Of a stretch of 64,000 bases of DNA, positions 36,241 through 45,745 are shown piece by piece. Below the pieces are notes generated by a model. The model did not search any database, was not told where the DNA came from, and saw only the letters and a list, made by a program, of their open reading frames with translations. The DNA lies in IMG/VR virus record IMGVR_UViG_3300002834_000024, positions 1-64,000 of that record; one strand, 5' to 3'. The translations under genes and the position numbers were made by a program. Origin of the DNA: a virus (lineage: Duplodnaviria > Heunggongvirae > Uroviricota > Caudoviricetes). The stretch's first letter is position 1; every line of letters begins with the position of its first letter.

Positions 36241-38754
36241 ATGAAGAAGCAAGAACTGTTGTCCTTTTCAAAAGAGTTAAATAATATCGTAAAACTTGTT
36301 GATGATGAAATTATTAAACAATTTCCAACATATAATATAAGTATAGAATACATCATTTATGGTATTCTATGTTCTAATAAATCAATTGGTTATCAAACAT
36401 TGGAAGATTTAACATTGAGTAGTAACATTGAGATGATGCAAACGATGTTATCCTCTCTACTTAATACAAAATGTTTAGCCAATAATTGTCATATTATAAG
36501 TCCAAGAAAAAAGGTTGTATTCGATGATGAAACTTTAACCACATTTAACAAAGCTGATGAAGAAAGAAAATTATTAAAAGATGAGGAACTTACAAGTGAA
36601 CATGTTTTATTAAATATTTTGAAATCAGAACATGACATTAAAAAATCTTTTAATAACATTGGAATAACATATGATATTTTCAAAGGTAGAGTTATTACCA
36701 AACGAAATGAAGAAACTAATCCTGTTGAAGAAAAACCAATAGAACAACAACCAAAACCAGTTTTAATTGCACAACCAGGATGTCCTATGGTAATGGTTCC
36801 ACAATTACCTAAAAGAACCAAAAATGGGAATATTGAAAAACACACCATAAACTTAAATCTATTATACCAACAAAACAAATTAGATAAAGTTATTGGCAGG
36901 GAAAAAGAAGTTAATACAGTTATGAAGACATTATTAAAACGAAATAAAAATAATGTGATTTTAACTGGTAATAGTGGGTGTGGTATTACATCCATAGTTA
37001 ATTTATTGGTTGAAAAATTAGTCATTGGAAATTGTCCCACACCTTTAGTAAACAAAGAAGTTTTAAAACTTAATATTAATTCAATGATTGAGAGTAGTCA
37101 ATATAAGGGGATATTTGAACAACGGACAATTGATTTAATGAAAGAGATAAAAGAATATAAAGGTAAATACATTCTATTATTAGATGACATTCATGTTGAT
37201 TTGATGAAAGATAACAACAATGATGTATTAACATTTCTAAATACATTATTGACTGATGATGATATAAAAGTAATCGTAACCATACCTTTACAGTCATATA
37301 AAAAAAATATTGAAAAATATGGATTTATTGAAAAAAGATTAAATAAGATTATTGTTGATAACATGAATATGGATGATACTATCAAAGTATTGCAAACAAA
37401 TAAACATTATTATGAAGATTTTCATAATGTCTTTTTTTCAGATGATTTAATCGAACAAATTGTAAAATTATGTGAAAGATATATTTCAGATAAAGCATTG
37501 CCATCATCAGCAATTGAAATAATTGACATACTTGGTAGTAATTCTCGTTTAAAAAATGAAAGTGTAAATGAAATTATTCAAGTAAAAAATGAGATTAGTG
37601 TTATGCAAAACCGAATGGATGCTGCAATCCAAGCAGAACAATATGAGGTAGCTGATACATGTAAATTAAATCTAAATAAACTTAATACAAAATTAAAAAA
37701 TTTAACGGAAAGTAATATTAATAAAAAAGAAATTAGTGAAATAACTGAAAATGATTTACTTTCTATTGTTAGTGAATTATCTAAAATACCATTAACAACA
37801 CTTTCAACCAATGAGTTAAAACATATTGGAAAATTATCTGACATTATTAAAGAAAATGTTATTGGACAAGATGAAGCAGTAGATAAGGTTGTGAAAACTA
37901 TTCAGAAAAATAGACTTAATTTGAAAAGTAATGTTAAAAAACCATCAGTGTTCTTTTTTCTTGGCAATTCTGGGGTGGGTAAAACACTATTGGCAAAACA
38001 ATTAAGTAAAACTGTGTATGGTGATGAAAAAAATATGCTAAGAATAGATTGTTCGGAATTATCTGAAAGTCATAGTATTAGTAAATTACTTGGAAGTCCA
38101 GCGGGGTATATCAGTCATGGAAATTCAACTATATTAGATAAAGTAAAACATAACCCATATACAGTTGTACTTATTGATGAGATTGAAAAGGCACATGATA
38201 ACATTTACAATTTATTTCTTCAATTGTTTGATGATGGTAGAATAACAGATTCAACTGGTGTTACTATTGATTTTAGTAATACGATAATAATAATGACTTC
38301 TAATGTTGGAACAAAAATTTCAAATGATTATAAACCTGTTGGATTTGGTACTATTGATGATGATACATTATTAAAAAATCGGGAGGATATTATTAAAAAA
38401 CAGATGAATAAAAAGTTTACACCTGAATTTTTAAATAGAATTAACTCTATTATCTATTTCAAACCATTAACAGAAAAAAATATTAAAGATATTATTGAAT
38501 TAAATTTGAATACATTTAATTCCATTTTAAATGATAAAAATGAAAAATACAGTATAAAATGGACAGAAGAAGTTATTGAATTTATTTTTTCTAAAATAAG
38601 CGAAGATGATAAAAAATTAGGGGCAAGACCAGTTCTTCGGTTAATCGAAACTCACATAGAAGAAAAAATCACCGAATTATTAATTGAAAATTCATATTCT
38701 GATAACTATATATTTTCCATAAGTATTATTGATGATGAAACAAATATTATTTGA
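36241..38754 (+). CDS. ClpC/ClpA-like AAA+ unfoldase with degenerate first ATPase domain
   Basis: Two Clp_N-like repeats at the N-terminus. D1 Walker A is GNSGCGITS (Lys replaced by Ile) and Walker B is ILLLDDIH (DE to DD). UVR-like motif QAEQYEVADTCKLNLNKL. D2 is canonical: FLGNSGVGKTLLAKQL, VVLIDEIEKAH, and sensor region GRITDSTGVTIDFSNTIIIMTSNVG. Confidence 0.8.
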   Translation: MKKQELLSFSKELNNIVKLVDDEIIKQFPTYNISIEYIIYGILCSNKSIGYQTLEDLTLSSNIEMMQTMLSSLLNTKCLANNCHIISPRKKVVFDDETLTTFNKADEERKLLKDEELTSEHVLLNILKSEHDIKKSFNNIGITYDIFKGRVITKRNEETNPVEEKPIEQQPKPVLIAQPGCPMVMVPQLPKRTKNGNIEKHTINLNLLYQQNKLDKVIGREKEVNTVMKTLLKRNKNNVILTGNSGCGITSIVNLLVEKLVIGNCPTPLVNKEVLKLNINSMIESSQYKGIFEQRTIDLMKEIKEYKGKYILLLDDIHVDLMKDNNNDVLTFLNTLLTDDDIKVIVTIPLQSYKKNIEKYGFIEKRLNKIIVDNMNMDDTIKVLQTNKHYYEDFHNVFFSDDLIEQIVKLCERYISDKALPSSAIEIIDILGSNSRLKNESVNEIIQVKNEISVMQNRMDAAIQAEQYEVADTCKLNLNKLNTKLKNLTESNINKKEISEITENDLLSIVSELSKIPLTTLSTNELKHIGKLSDIIKENVIGQDEAVDKVVKTIQKNRLNLKSNVKKPSVFFFLGNSGVGKTLLAKQLSKTVYGDEKNMLRIDCSELSESHSISKLLGSPAGYISHGNSTILDKVKHNPYTVVLIDEIEKAHDNIYNLFLQLFDDGRITDSTGVTIDFSNTIIIMTSNVGTKISNDYKPVGFGTIDDDTLLKNREDIIKKQMNKKFTPEFLNRINSIIYFKPLTEKNIKDIIELNLNTFNSILNDKNEKYSIKWTEEVIEFIFSKISEDDKKLGARPVLRLIETHIEEKITELLIENSYSDNYIFSISIIDDETNII

Positions 38755-38784
38755 TAGGTATTTATAACAAAATAATAGTTTCAG

Positions 38785-40572
38785 ATGAACTTAAAGGAAT
38801 TAAATAGTTTTATAAACAAATTAACAGAGAATGTTATAAATAGGATAAATGAGGAAAAATTACCAAATGGTAATTGGAAATACAATAATTTAATCATTGA
38901 ACCAGACGAACTTGAGAACACTGCATTGAATTGGGCAGAAAACTATTGGTATGATAAGAAAAATGGTCAAAGAACAACCAGCGCAATGAGAGAGTTTTAT
39001 GATAATTTTGGAGAAACTGATAGTGATCCAATGGAATATGAGGGATTATTTTCTGAATATTTATCTCTTTGCGAAAAATATAAAAATGATCCTGAAATTC
39101 AAGCAAAGTATGAGGAAGATTATGAAGAAGATGAAAAATTAGAAATTTTTAGTAATCCTGAAAGTACAAAAAAAGAAATTGAAATTGAATATAATTTAAA
39201 ACCAGGTGATGTTCAAAGGGTTATTAATGTAACTAAAAGTTACATGAATTGGGACGATAATGAAATGTTAAATAGAATAAAGTATACATTTGGTAATATG
39301 GAAAAATCAGAAGTAAAAGAGTGGATTGAAAATTATATAAGAATGTATGGTAAAAATGAATCAAGAAAACTTACCAGTGAAGTCATAAAAGAAACAATTA
39401 TTAAACCAATAGTTGAACGTTATCTACTTGAAGCTGAAATGGATTTTGCTGATGATGATAATATTGTTATTGTAAATAATAATGAAGATGAAATTGAAGA
39501 AGCAACCACTACATCAGGAGTTGGAAATTTTGCTTATGATGCACCAGCCTTTGGAGCTGATCAGGAAACAAAAAGACGTGATTTTTTTAGTGGGGGTATG
39601 AGAAAAGAAAGTCAAGAAAGACTTCATGCTTCTATCAAACAACTTGTTGAAAATCGTTTAAAAAAAAAAGTAACCATTAATGAAGCATCTCTTGGAAAAG
39701 AATTGATGAGTCATTTTCAAAAAGCATTAACCAATCCAGATTTATTTAATGATCCAGCATGGATAAGTCGTCATGAAGAAATTCAAGATGATAATAGTAA
39801 TCCTATTAAAATAACTAATAGTCAATTATTAACTAAAATAATTCCTAAATATACAAATATAAACCCTGATTTAGTTAAAAATGTGGGGTATCAAAGGGCT
39901 TTGATGCTTATGAAAGGAAATAAACATCGTAATGATTATGCAGTAAAGCTTACACAACAATTAGTTGATATGGATAAAGAATTACAACAAAATCCATCAT
40001 TAGCCAATGATTCCACATTTATGACAAAATATAATGACTTAAATGATAAGTATGGTAATCGTGTTGCATTAGGAGGAAAAGCAAGTAAACGAAATGCAGG
40101 TATTGAAAAAGATACTGTACAGCTTGTATCTGGAATTGTTACAAGAGCATTTAACTTTATAGCAAATATATATAAAAGCGTTGGGTTAATATTTAACAAA
40201 GAATATCTATGGATTAATAGTAAAACAGGAAAATTGACCAATAAAAGACCTGAACAAGATTGGAACTCATTGCGAGTTGATATATATGAAAAACTTGGAT
40301 TTGAAGATCATATGGGAAAATTAACACGTATTCCAGGTATGCGTAATGATGCAGAAGTTGAGGAAGTTTATAATATTGAAAATGATAGTGAATTTTTAAG
40401 AAAACTTGCTGAAATATTACCAACTTGGGATGAATCTGAATTAAATGCAGATGAAATTTTATCCCAAGCCGAAGATTTCAAAGAAAGAACTGAATATGCT
40501 TCAAAAAAACGTGCAAATGCGAATTTAGAAGGTATGGGTGATATAGAAATGCAATATAACACTGGTGGATAA
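38785..40572 (+). CDS. hypothetical protein sharing a ~120-aa domain with the polyvalent protein 52991-56137
   Basis: Residues about 310-430 (FQKALTNPDLFNDPAWISRHEEIQDD...NPDLVKNVGYQRALMLM...YGNRVAL) align with FTDALNNPKLFNEPNWIQKHKEIQDN...NPELMSNMGIENAINLL...YGNRVNL in 52991-56137. Confidence 0.5.
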   Translation: MNLKELNSFINKLTENVINRINEEKLPNGNWKYNNLIIEPDELENTALNWAENYWYDKKNGQRTTSAMREFYDNFGETDSDPMEYEGLFSEYLSLCEKYKNDPEIQAKYEEDYEEDEKLEIFSNPESTKKEIEIEYNLKPGDVQRVINVTKSYMNWDDNEMLNRIKYTFGNMEKSEVKEWIENYIRMYGKNESRKLTSEVIKETIIKPIVERYLLEAEMDFADDDNIVIVNNNEDEIEEATTTSGVGNFAYDAPAFGADQETKRRDFFSGGMRKESQERLHASIKQLVENRLKKKVTINEASLGKELMSHFQKALTNPDLFNDPAWISRHEEIQDDNSNPIKITNSQLLTKIIPKYTNINPDLVKNVGYQRALMLMKGNKHRNDYAVKLTQQLVDMDKELQQNPSLANDSTFMTKYNDLNDKYGNRVALGGKASKRNAGIEKDTVQLVSGIVTRAFNFIANIYKSVGLIFNKEYLWINSKTGKLTNKRPEQDWNSLRVDIYEKLGFEDHMGKLTRIPGMRNDAEVEEVYNIENDSEFLRKLAEILPTWDESELNADEILSQAEDFKERTEYASKKRANANLEGMGDIEMQYNTGG

Positions 40573-40574
40573 CA

Positions 40575-41363
40575 ATGAAAATTAAACCAAAATTAAACGA
40601 GGATACAGTACAATTCAATAACTGGATATACCCTGATGATAGTGATCTTGCATTAGAATATCGTATTGAATATATTGGGCATGATGCAGATCCATTTGAA
40701 ACATTTAGTACATCAGATGAATTTGTTGATGCTGTTCATAATTCTAAATCATATAAGATAACACAACAAACTGATAATCGAATTGACTATAGAAGTCATA
40801 CCATTGATCAAGATGACTTATTAGATATGATTAGAACATATCGTTCATATCCAGAATTTAGAAATGAAGATACAGTACAAGCAATTTATGATGGATTTAG
40901 AAATAATTCACCAATGAAGATGCCAATTCTTCTTCAATTTCCAAATGGTAGAGTAAGAATATTAAGTGGTAATTCAAGAGCAGATATTGCAATACAATTA
41001 TTGGGATATTATCAGGCAATATTATTAAAAATACCTAAACCAGAACAAAACGAAAATATAACTAAAATCATTCCAATAATTAAAGAAGATAGCGATTATA
41101 CATATCTTAAAAAAGATACTGGAAATTATAGAGATATGATTGATAGCGATATTACAACCACAGAACCAGTTGAAGATACGCTTGCTGGAACGAAAAGCCC
41201 AACATCTGATGAAATTGGAAATATTAGAACAAGAAATAATTATTGGTGGTCAAGAACAACTGGTAGTAAAAATATGAATTGTAATAAAATTATCTTAAAA
41301 AAAGATTTAAAAGAACATTATAGTAAACTTATTGACGGATATGCAACATTTTTTCATAAATAA
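40575..41363 (+). CDS. hypothetical protein (weak ParB/Srx-like block)
   Basis: 262-aa ORF, 3 nt after the preceding gene. GRVRILSGNSRADIAIQLLG loosely resembles the ParB DGHHR region but lacks the catalytic residues. Confidence 0.4.
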   Translation: MKIKPKLNEDTVQFNNWIYPDDSDLALEYRIEYIGHDADPFETFSTSDEFVDAVHNSKSYKITQQTDNRIDYRSHTIDQDDLLDMIRTYRSYPEFRNEDTVQAIYDGFRNNSPMKMPILLQFPNGRVRILSGNSRADIAIQLLGYYQAILLKIPKPEQNENITKIIPIIKEDSDYTYLKKDTGNYRDMIDSDITTTEPVEDTLAGTKSPTSDEIGNIRTRNNYWWSRTTGSKNMNCNKIILKKDLKEHYSKLIDGYATFFHK

Positions 41364-41733
41364 AAATAGTGAATTACCAATTTTAGAAATGCGGTTAATT
41401 GAGAATGGTAGATATGGAAGTATTGATCACGAAACTTTTTATATAGCCATCCAAAACGCAAATCTTTTTTTTACAATGATAGATGTTGATACTGGGGTTA
41501 CAAGAATTGCTCATCAACCAGCTGGTTTATTAGAAAATCTTGATTGTCCTGGTACATATAATATATATTATCAATTTAGAAAAAGAGATACACAAAGAGT
41601 TGGAAGATATAGAGGTCAATTTGAAATTGTATTTGGATTAGATGTTAAAAATGAATTTACTTCAAGAACATTAATAGTTCCAATACATGATGAATTGATT
41701 GTAAATGTTATGGATGGTTCAATTAAAAAATAA
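41332..41733 (+). CDS. hypothetical protein
   Basis: 133-aa ORF overlapping the previous gene by 32 nt. The true start may be an internal Met. Confidence 0.35.
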   Translation: MTDMQHFFINKNSELPILEMRLIENGRYGSIDHETFYIAIQNANLFFTMIDVDTGVTRIAHQPAGLLENLDCPGTYNIYYQFRKRDTQRVGRYRGQFEIVFGLDVKNEFTSRTLIVPIHDELIVNVMDGSIKK

Positions 41734-41905
41734 TTAAAATAACATTTTATAATCATGGTCAGAAAAGTAATTTATCACAAGGAAAACGAAGCTTACTACA
41801 CAGAAGTAGTCGGACTTGTTCCATCTTTAGCAAGTAGGGGATTTTTTGTATTTCCTCCATTGCCATAAAATAAACACATCTATTTATTAATAAAATAAAT
41901 ATATT

Positions 41906-42217
41906 ATGGCGACATTAGTCAATAATATGCCATATCCCGATGGCATAGATTTTAGTACAAAACCCCTGGAACAGGTTGATCCATATCATGGACAGTCTTA
42001 TTTAAACTCATCAAATGAACATTTACATAATATATTTTCATCAAGTGGGCAAAATGTAGAGGATGGAACTGGTCAAAATGGACAAAATCTTTGGCAAACC
42101 AGAGATGATTTACAATTGGCTGGTAGTTATAACTTTGGTAGTTTCAGCGATTATAATAATTTCAATATATTAAAATGGGGGAAATTTTTAACACCCAATT
42201 TTGCTAGCTATCTTTAA
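41906..42217 (+). CDS. hypothetical protein
   Basis: 103-aa ORF preceded by CTATTTATT at 41880-41888. Confidence 0.4.
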   Translation: MATLVNNMPYPDGIDFSTKPLEQVDPYHGQSYLNSSNEHLHNIFSSSGQNVEDGTGQNGQNLWQTRDDLQLAGSYNFGSFSDYNNFNILKWGKFLTPNFASYL

Positions 42218-42232
42218 AATTTTTATCTTATT

Positions 42233-42253
42233 CTATTTATATTAAAAAATAAA
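42233..42253 (+). promoter_or_regulatory. candidate late promoter motif CTATTTATATTAAAAAATAAA
   Basis: Near-identical to the motifs at 13486-13507 and 61681-61700. 12 nt upstream of the tail fibre ATG. Confidence 0.45.
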
Positions 42254-42264
42254 ATTATTCTATT

Positions 42265-45200
42265 ATGAGTTCAAATAATATTGGAATACCAAGACAAAGA
42301 GTCCCTTTTAGGGGATATATTTTCAGATTAATGGAAAATAATGGGATACCAAACCCTGCGGGTGGTCAAACAAGGGAAGAACTTTGGGGCTACTTCATTG
42401 AAGAAATGAGCAAAAAGGGTGGTAGTACTATTATAACTAATTTGAGTGCTACTGGTGGTTCTCTTGTAAGTGAATTAACAGCATCATTATCAGGTAATAC
42501 ATTAACTGTTAATAAAAAAGACACAAACATTGATACAGGTGTATCAGTTGATACATCATTACCAATTATAGCTGGTCAGAATGTAGTGTTTAGCGGTTCT
42601 GTACCAGGTGGAGTTACAATTAGTGTACCAAGTATTGGTGTACAATCAAGATTCACATCAACAGAAAATGGTTCTGGTGCTGTTGGTTCAGTACTTCCAC
42701 TTACAATATCAGCAACAACACCATTTAACGCTGGCGATATATTGGCAGTTGGTTCAATTGTTTATTTAGCAAATAACTTTACTGTTGAAGTTACAACGAT
42801 AAATACTTTAATGGATAGTTATGATGGTGTTGTAATCGAAGTTAGTAATACACAAGTTCAATCTGACTGGAATGAAACAAATTCCGCATCAGATGCTTAT
42901 ATTCTAAATAAACCAGATTTTACTGGTCTTAGTACAGATGTAACAAATATTACAAATACACTTAATGATATAATTGGTCAATTTGGTGATGGTTACTTTG
43001 TAAAAGAATTGGTTGCCAATGTAGATACAACATTAAAAACAGTTGAAATTGTAAAAACACATGTACCTATTGATCCATTGTTACCAACAAACATTTATCC
43101 TTTTACATTACAGGTAGGTTCTGCTTTAACTTTGGCTGCATCAGTTGATATAAATGGTGATCCTGTTGTTACAATTGATGCCGATTTGACATCTCCAGGA
43201 AGCCCAATTACAAATATAATCAATGATATTACAAGTATTAATACAGATATTACAAATATTAATACTAACATCACAAATATCCAACAAGATATAATTGACA
43301 TTCAGGGTGATATTACAAATATTAATACTGACATCACAAATATCCAACAAGATATTACAGATTTACAAGTTGATGTTAGTAACAAGGTTGATAAAATATC
43401 TGGTAAAGGATTAAGTACAGAGGATTATACAACAGCTGAAAAAACAAAATTAGCAAGTATTGAACCAGGCGCACAAGTAAATGTGCAATCTGATTGGAAT
43501 CAAACAAATACTGCTGCTGATGATTATATCAAAAATAAACCTACATCATTAAGTGCAACTTGGGGTAGTATCACAGGTACATTGAGTAATCAAACTGACT
43601 TACAATCTGAATTAGATGATAAAGTTGATAAAGTTAGATTTGGTGATGGTTATTTCGTTAAAGAATTGGTTGCCAATGTTGATACAACATTAAAAACTAT
43701 CGAAATTATAAAAACTCATCAATCAGTTAATGCTTCTGATCCAACAATGGTTTATCCATTAACAATTGAAGCTGGTTCTGGGTTGTCAATGGCTGCATCA
43801 GTTGATATAAATGGCGATCCAGTATTAACACTTGATGTTGATACAACAGCACCAGGAAGCCCAATTACAAACATTGTTAATGATATAACAAACATTACAA
43901 ATAATATTAATGATATAATTGGTCAATTTGGTGATGGTTACTTTGTAAAAGAGCTTGTTGCTAATGTTGATGATATTAATAATGAAATTGTTGTTGTTAA
44001 AACACATGTTTCAATTGATCCGTTAGATCCAACAATGGTTTATCCATTAACCATTAAAGCTGGTACAGGATTAGATTTAGTTGCAAGTGTAGATGGTGGT
44101 GGTCATCCTGTTGTTACAATCAATTCAACTGTTAGTTCAAATGTAACATATTGGAAAACTGTAAATACTCCAAGTGGAATTGTGGTTGGTAGCGTTGTTA
44201 CTGATGATTTTACAGATTTAACTAAAATCTCTGGTCCAAATGCAACACCAGATGAACAAGATCATATATTTGGTGTGGATGCTGCTGGAAATTCATTTGA
44301 ATCTCTTGTTACAGGTGTTAGTGGAACAACTGTTACATCACAAGTTATTATTGTAAACGTTGTAATAAGCACAGTTTGGGGTGGAATAACTGGTAACATA
44401 ATGAATCAACCTGAATTTACTCCATTTGGCGATGGTTATATTGTAAAAGAATTGGTTGCTAATGTAGATATATCAACAAAAAGTATTGAAATCGTAAAAA
44501 CACATACATCATTAATACCAGCCAATCCAACAATGGTTTATCCATTAACAATTGAAGCTGGTTCTGGGTTGTCAATGGCTGCAAGTGTTGATATAAATGG
44601 TGATCCTGTTGTTACGATTGATGTTGATTTGACATCTCCAGGAAGTCCAATTACAAATATCATCAATGACATAACAACAATTCAAGGTGATATAACAACA
44701 ATTAACAATACATTAACAAGTCATAATACAGCAATTACAAATATTCAAAATGATATTACAAATATTAATACAGATATTACTAATATCAATACGGATATAA
44801 CAAATATTAACACTGACATTACAAACATCCAAACTGACATAACTAATTTGGATAATAGGGTTACTACTGTTGAAGGTGATATTACAACAATCAATAATAC
44901 AATTACTGATATAACAGGTCAATTTGGCGATGGTTACTTTGTAAAAGAGCTTGTTGCCAATGTTGATACTGTAAATGATGAAATAGTTGTTATCAAAACA
45001 CATGTATCAATAAACCCATCTGATCCAACAATGGTTTATCCATTAACTCTTAAATGCGGTAATGGTTTATCATTAGCAACAAGTACAGATACAAATGGTG
45101 ATCCTGTTGTTACTATTAATTCATCAGCACAAAGTGCAAATAGAATGAGTTTTAATGGAAACGGAACTTCTAATACAATAACATTACCAAGTACCATTAA

Positions 45201-45339
45201 TTCTGTTGGTGCTGATGTGTTTTTAAATGGGTTATTGCTTGGTTATAGCGAATATACATTAACAAATATTGTATTTACATTTAGTGGTTCATGGACTTTA
45301 GATCCAGCTGATGACATTATAATCAAATGGTATAATTAA
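42265..45339 (+). CDS. modular tail fibre protein (5 copies of a ~100-aa FGDGYFVKELVANVD module plus DITNINT heptad repeats)
   Basis: 1024 aa. Module starts at aa about 233, 455, 553, 712 and 885, each with FGDGY(F/I)VKELVANVD...KTH...DP..PT.VYPLT...G.GL..AASVD.NGDPV.T. Heptad repeats TDITNINTNITNIQQDIIDIQGDITNINTDITNIQQDITDLQ. N-terminus VPFRGYIFRLMEN...EELWGYFIEEM is shared with 50334-52859. Confidence 0.7.
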   Translation: MSSNNIGIPRQRVPFRGYIFRLMENNGIPNPAGGQTREELWGYFIEEMSKKGGSTIITNLSATGGSLVSELTASLSGNTLTVNKKDTNIDTGVSVDTSLPIIAGQNVVFSGSVPGGVTISVPSIGVQSRFTSTENGSGAVGSVLPLTISATTPFNAGDILAVGSIVYLANNFTVEVTTINTLMDSYDGVVIEVSNTQVQSDWNETNSASDAYILNKPDFTGLSTDVTNITNTLNDIIGQFGDGYFVKELVANVDTTLKTVEIVKTHVPIDPLLPTNIYPFTLQVGSALTLAASVDINGDPVVTIDADLTSPGSPITNIINDITSINTDITNINTNITNIQQDIIDIQGDITNINTDITNIQQDITDLQVDVSNKVDKISGKGLSTEDYTTAEKTKLASIEPGAQVNVQSDWNQTNTAADDYIKNKPTSLSATWGSITGTLSNQTDLQSELDDKVDKVRFGDGYFVKELVANVDTTLKTIEIIKTHQSVNASDPTMVYPLTIEAGSGLSMAASVDINGDPVLTLDVDTTAPGSPITNIVNDITNITNNINDIIGQFGDGYFVKELVANVDDINNEIVVVKTHVSIDPLDPTMVYPLTIKAGTGLDLVASVDGGGHPVVTINSTVSSNVTYWKTVNTPSGIVVGSVVTDDFTDLTKISGPNATPDEQDHIFGVDAAGNSFESLVTGVSGTTVTSQVIIVNVVISTVWGGITGNIMNQPEFTPFGDGYIVKELVANVDISTKSIEIVKTHTSLIPANPTMVYPLTIEAGSGLSMAASVDINGDPVVTIDVDLTSPGSPITNIINDITTIQGDITTINNTLTSHNTAITNIQNDITNINTDITNINTDITNINTDITNIQTDITNLDNRVTTVEGDITTINNTITDITGQFGDGYFVKELVANVDTVNDEIVVIKTHVSINPSDPTMVYPLTLKCGNGLSLATSTDTNGDPVVTINSSAQSANRMSFNGNGTSNTITLPSTINSVGADVFLNGLLLGYSEYTLTNIVFTFSGSWTLDPADDIIIKWYN
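43222..43365 (+). repeat. 21-nt-period coding repeats (gatattacaaatattaatact-like) encoding DITNINT heptads
   Basis: Repeated units are seen directly at 43222-43365. A second array is at about 44690-44910 within the same gene. Confidence 0.8.
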
Positions 45340-45359
45340 AAAAAAAATAAGATATAGAT

Positions 45360-45701
45360 ATGGCAACACAAATCAGAATAGGACAACTTCATGACGAAGT
45401 TTTTAAAGTAATATCTGGAAAAGGTGTATATGACGTTGATGTTGAAATTCCATTGACATCTGGTTTCTACGATATAGATACAGCTATTGCTGCAACATCT
45501 GGGGAAGACCCAGAACCAACTTTTATAAAGTTTTCGATAGATTCGACAACTACAGAAGTATGGTATTTTAATCTTGAAAAACCTTTTACAACAACAGATT
45601 ATTTAGATTCAGATAATTGGATAAGGGTTTTAGTATTAAGTGATAGACCTAATTATTTTACACCAGTAGATGATGGTGTATTATGGTGGGATACTGAATA
45701 A
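45360..45701 (+). CDS. hypothetical protein (tail fibre module accessory)
   Basis: 113-aa ORF between tail fibre genes. Confidence 0.4.
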   Translation: MATQIRIGQLHDEVFKVISGKGVYDVDVEIPLTSGFYDIDTAIAATSGEDPEPTFIKFSIDSTTTEVWYFNLEKPFTTTDYLDSDNWIRVLVLSDRPNYFTPVDDGVLWWDTE

Positions 45702-45745
45702 AAAAAAATTTTAATTAACGCAAATAATAAAAAAAAAATTAAATC

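Noticed and set aside
40575-41363. Possible ParB/sulfiredoxin-like nuclease domain
   Set aside because: Only a loose resemblance (GRVRILSGNSRADIA versus the ParB DGHHR block), and the catalytic His/Arg residues are absent.
41734-41905. tRNA gene in the GC-richer spacer
   Set aside because: No acceptor-stem/T-loop pattern (no GTTC.A.TC box, no 7-bp terminal pairing) could be found by eye.
43095-45003. Minus-strand ORFs (43095-43301, 43141-43350, 43825-44007, 44713-45003) inside the tail fibre gene
   Set aside because: These are antisense readings of the AT-rich DITNINT repeat arrays, giving Ile/Asn/Cys-rich nonsense with no start context.
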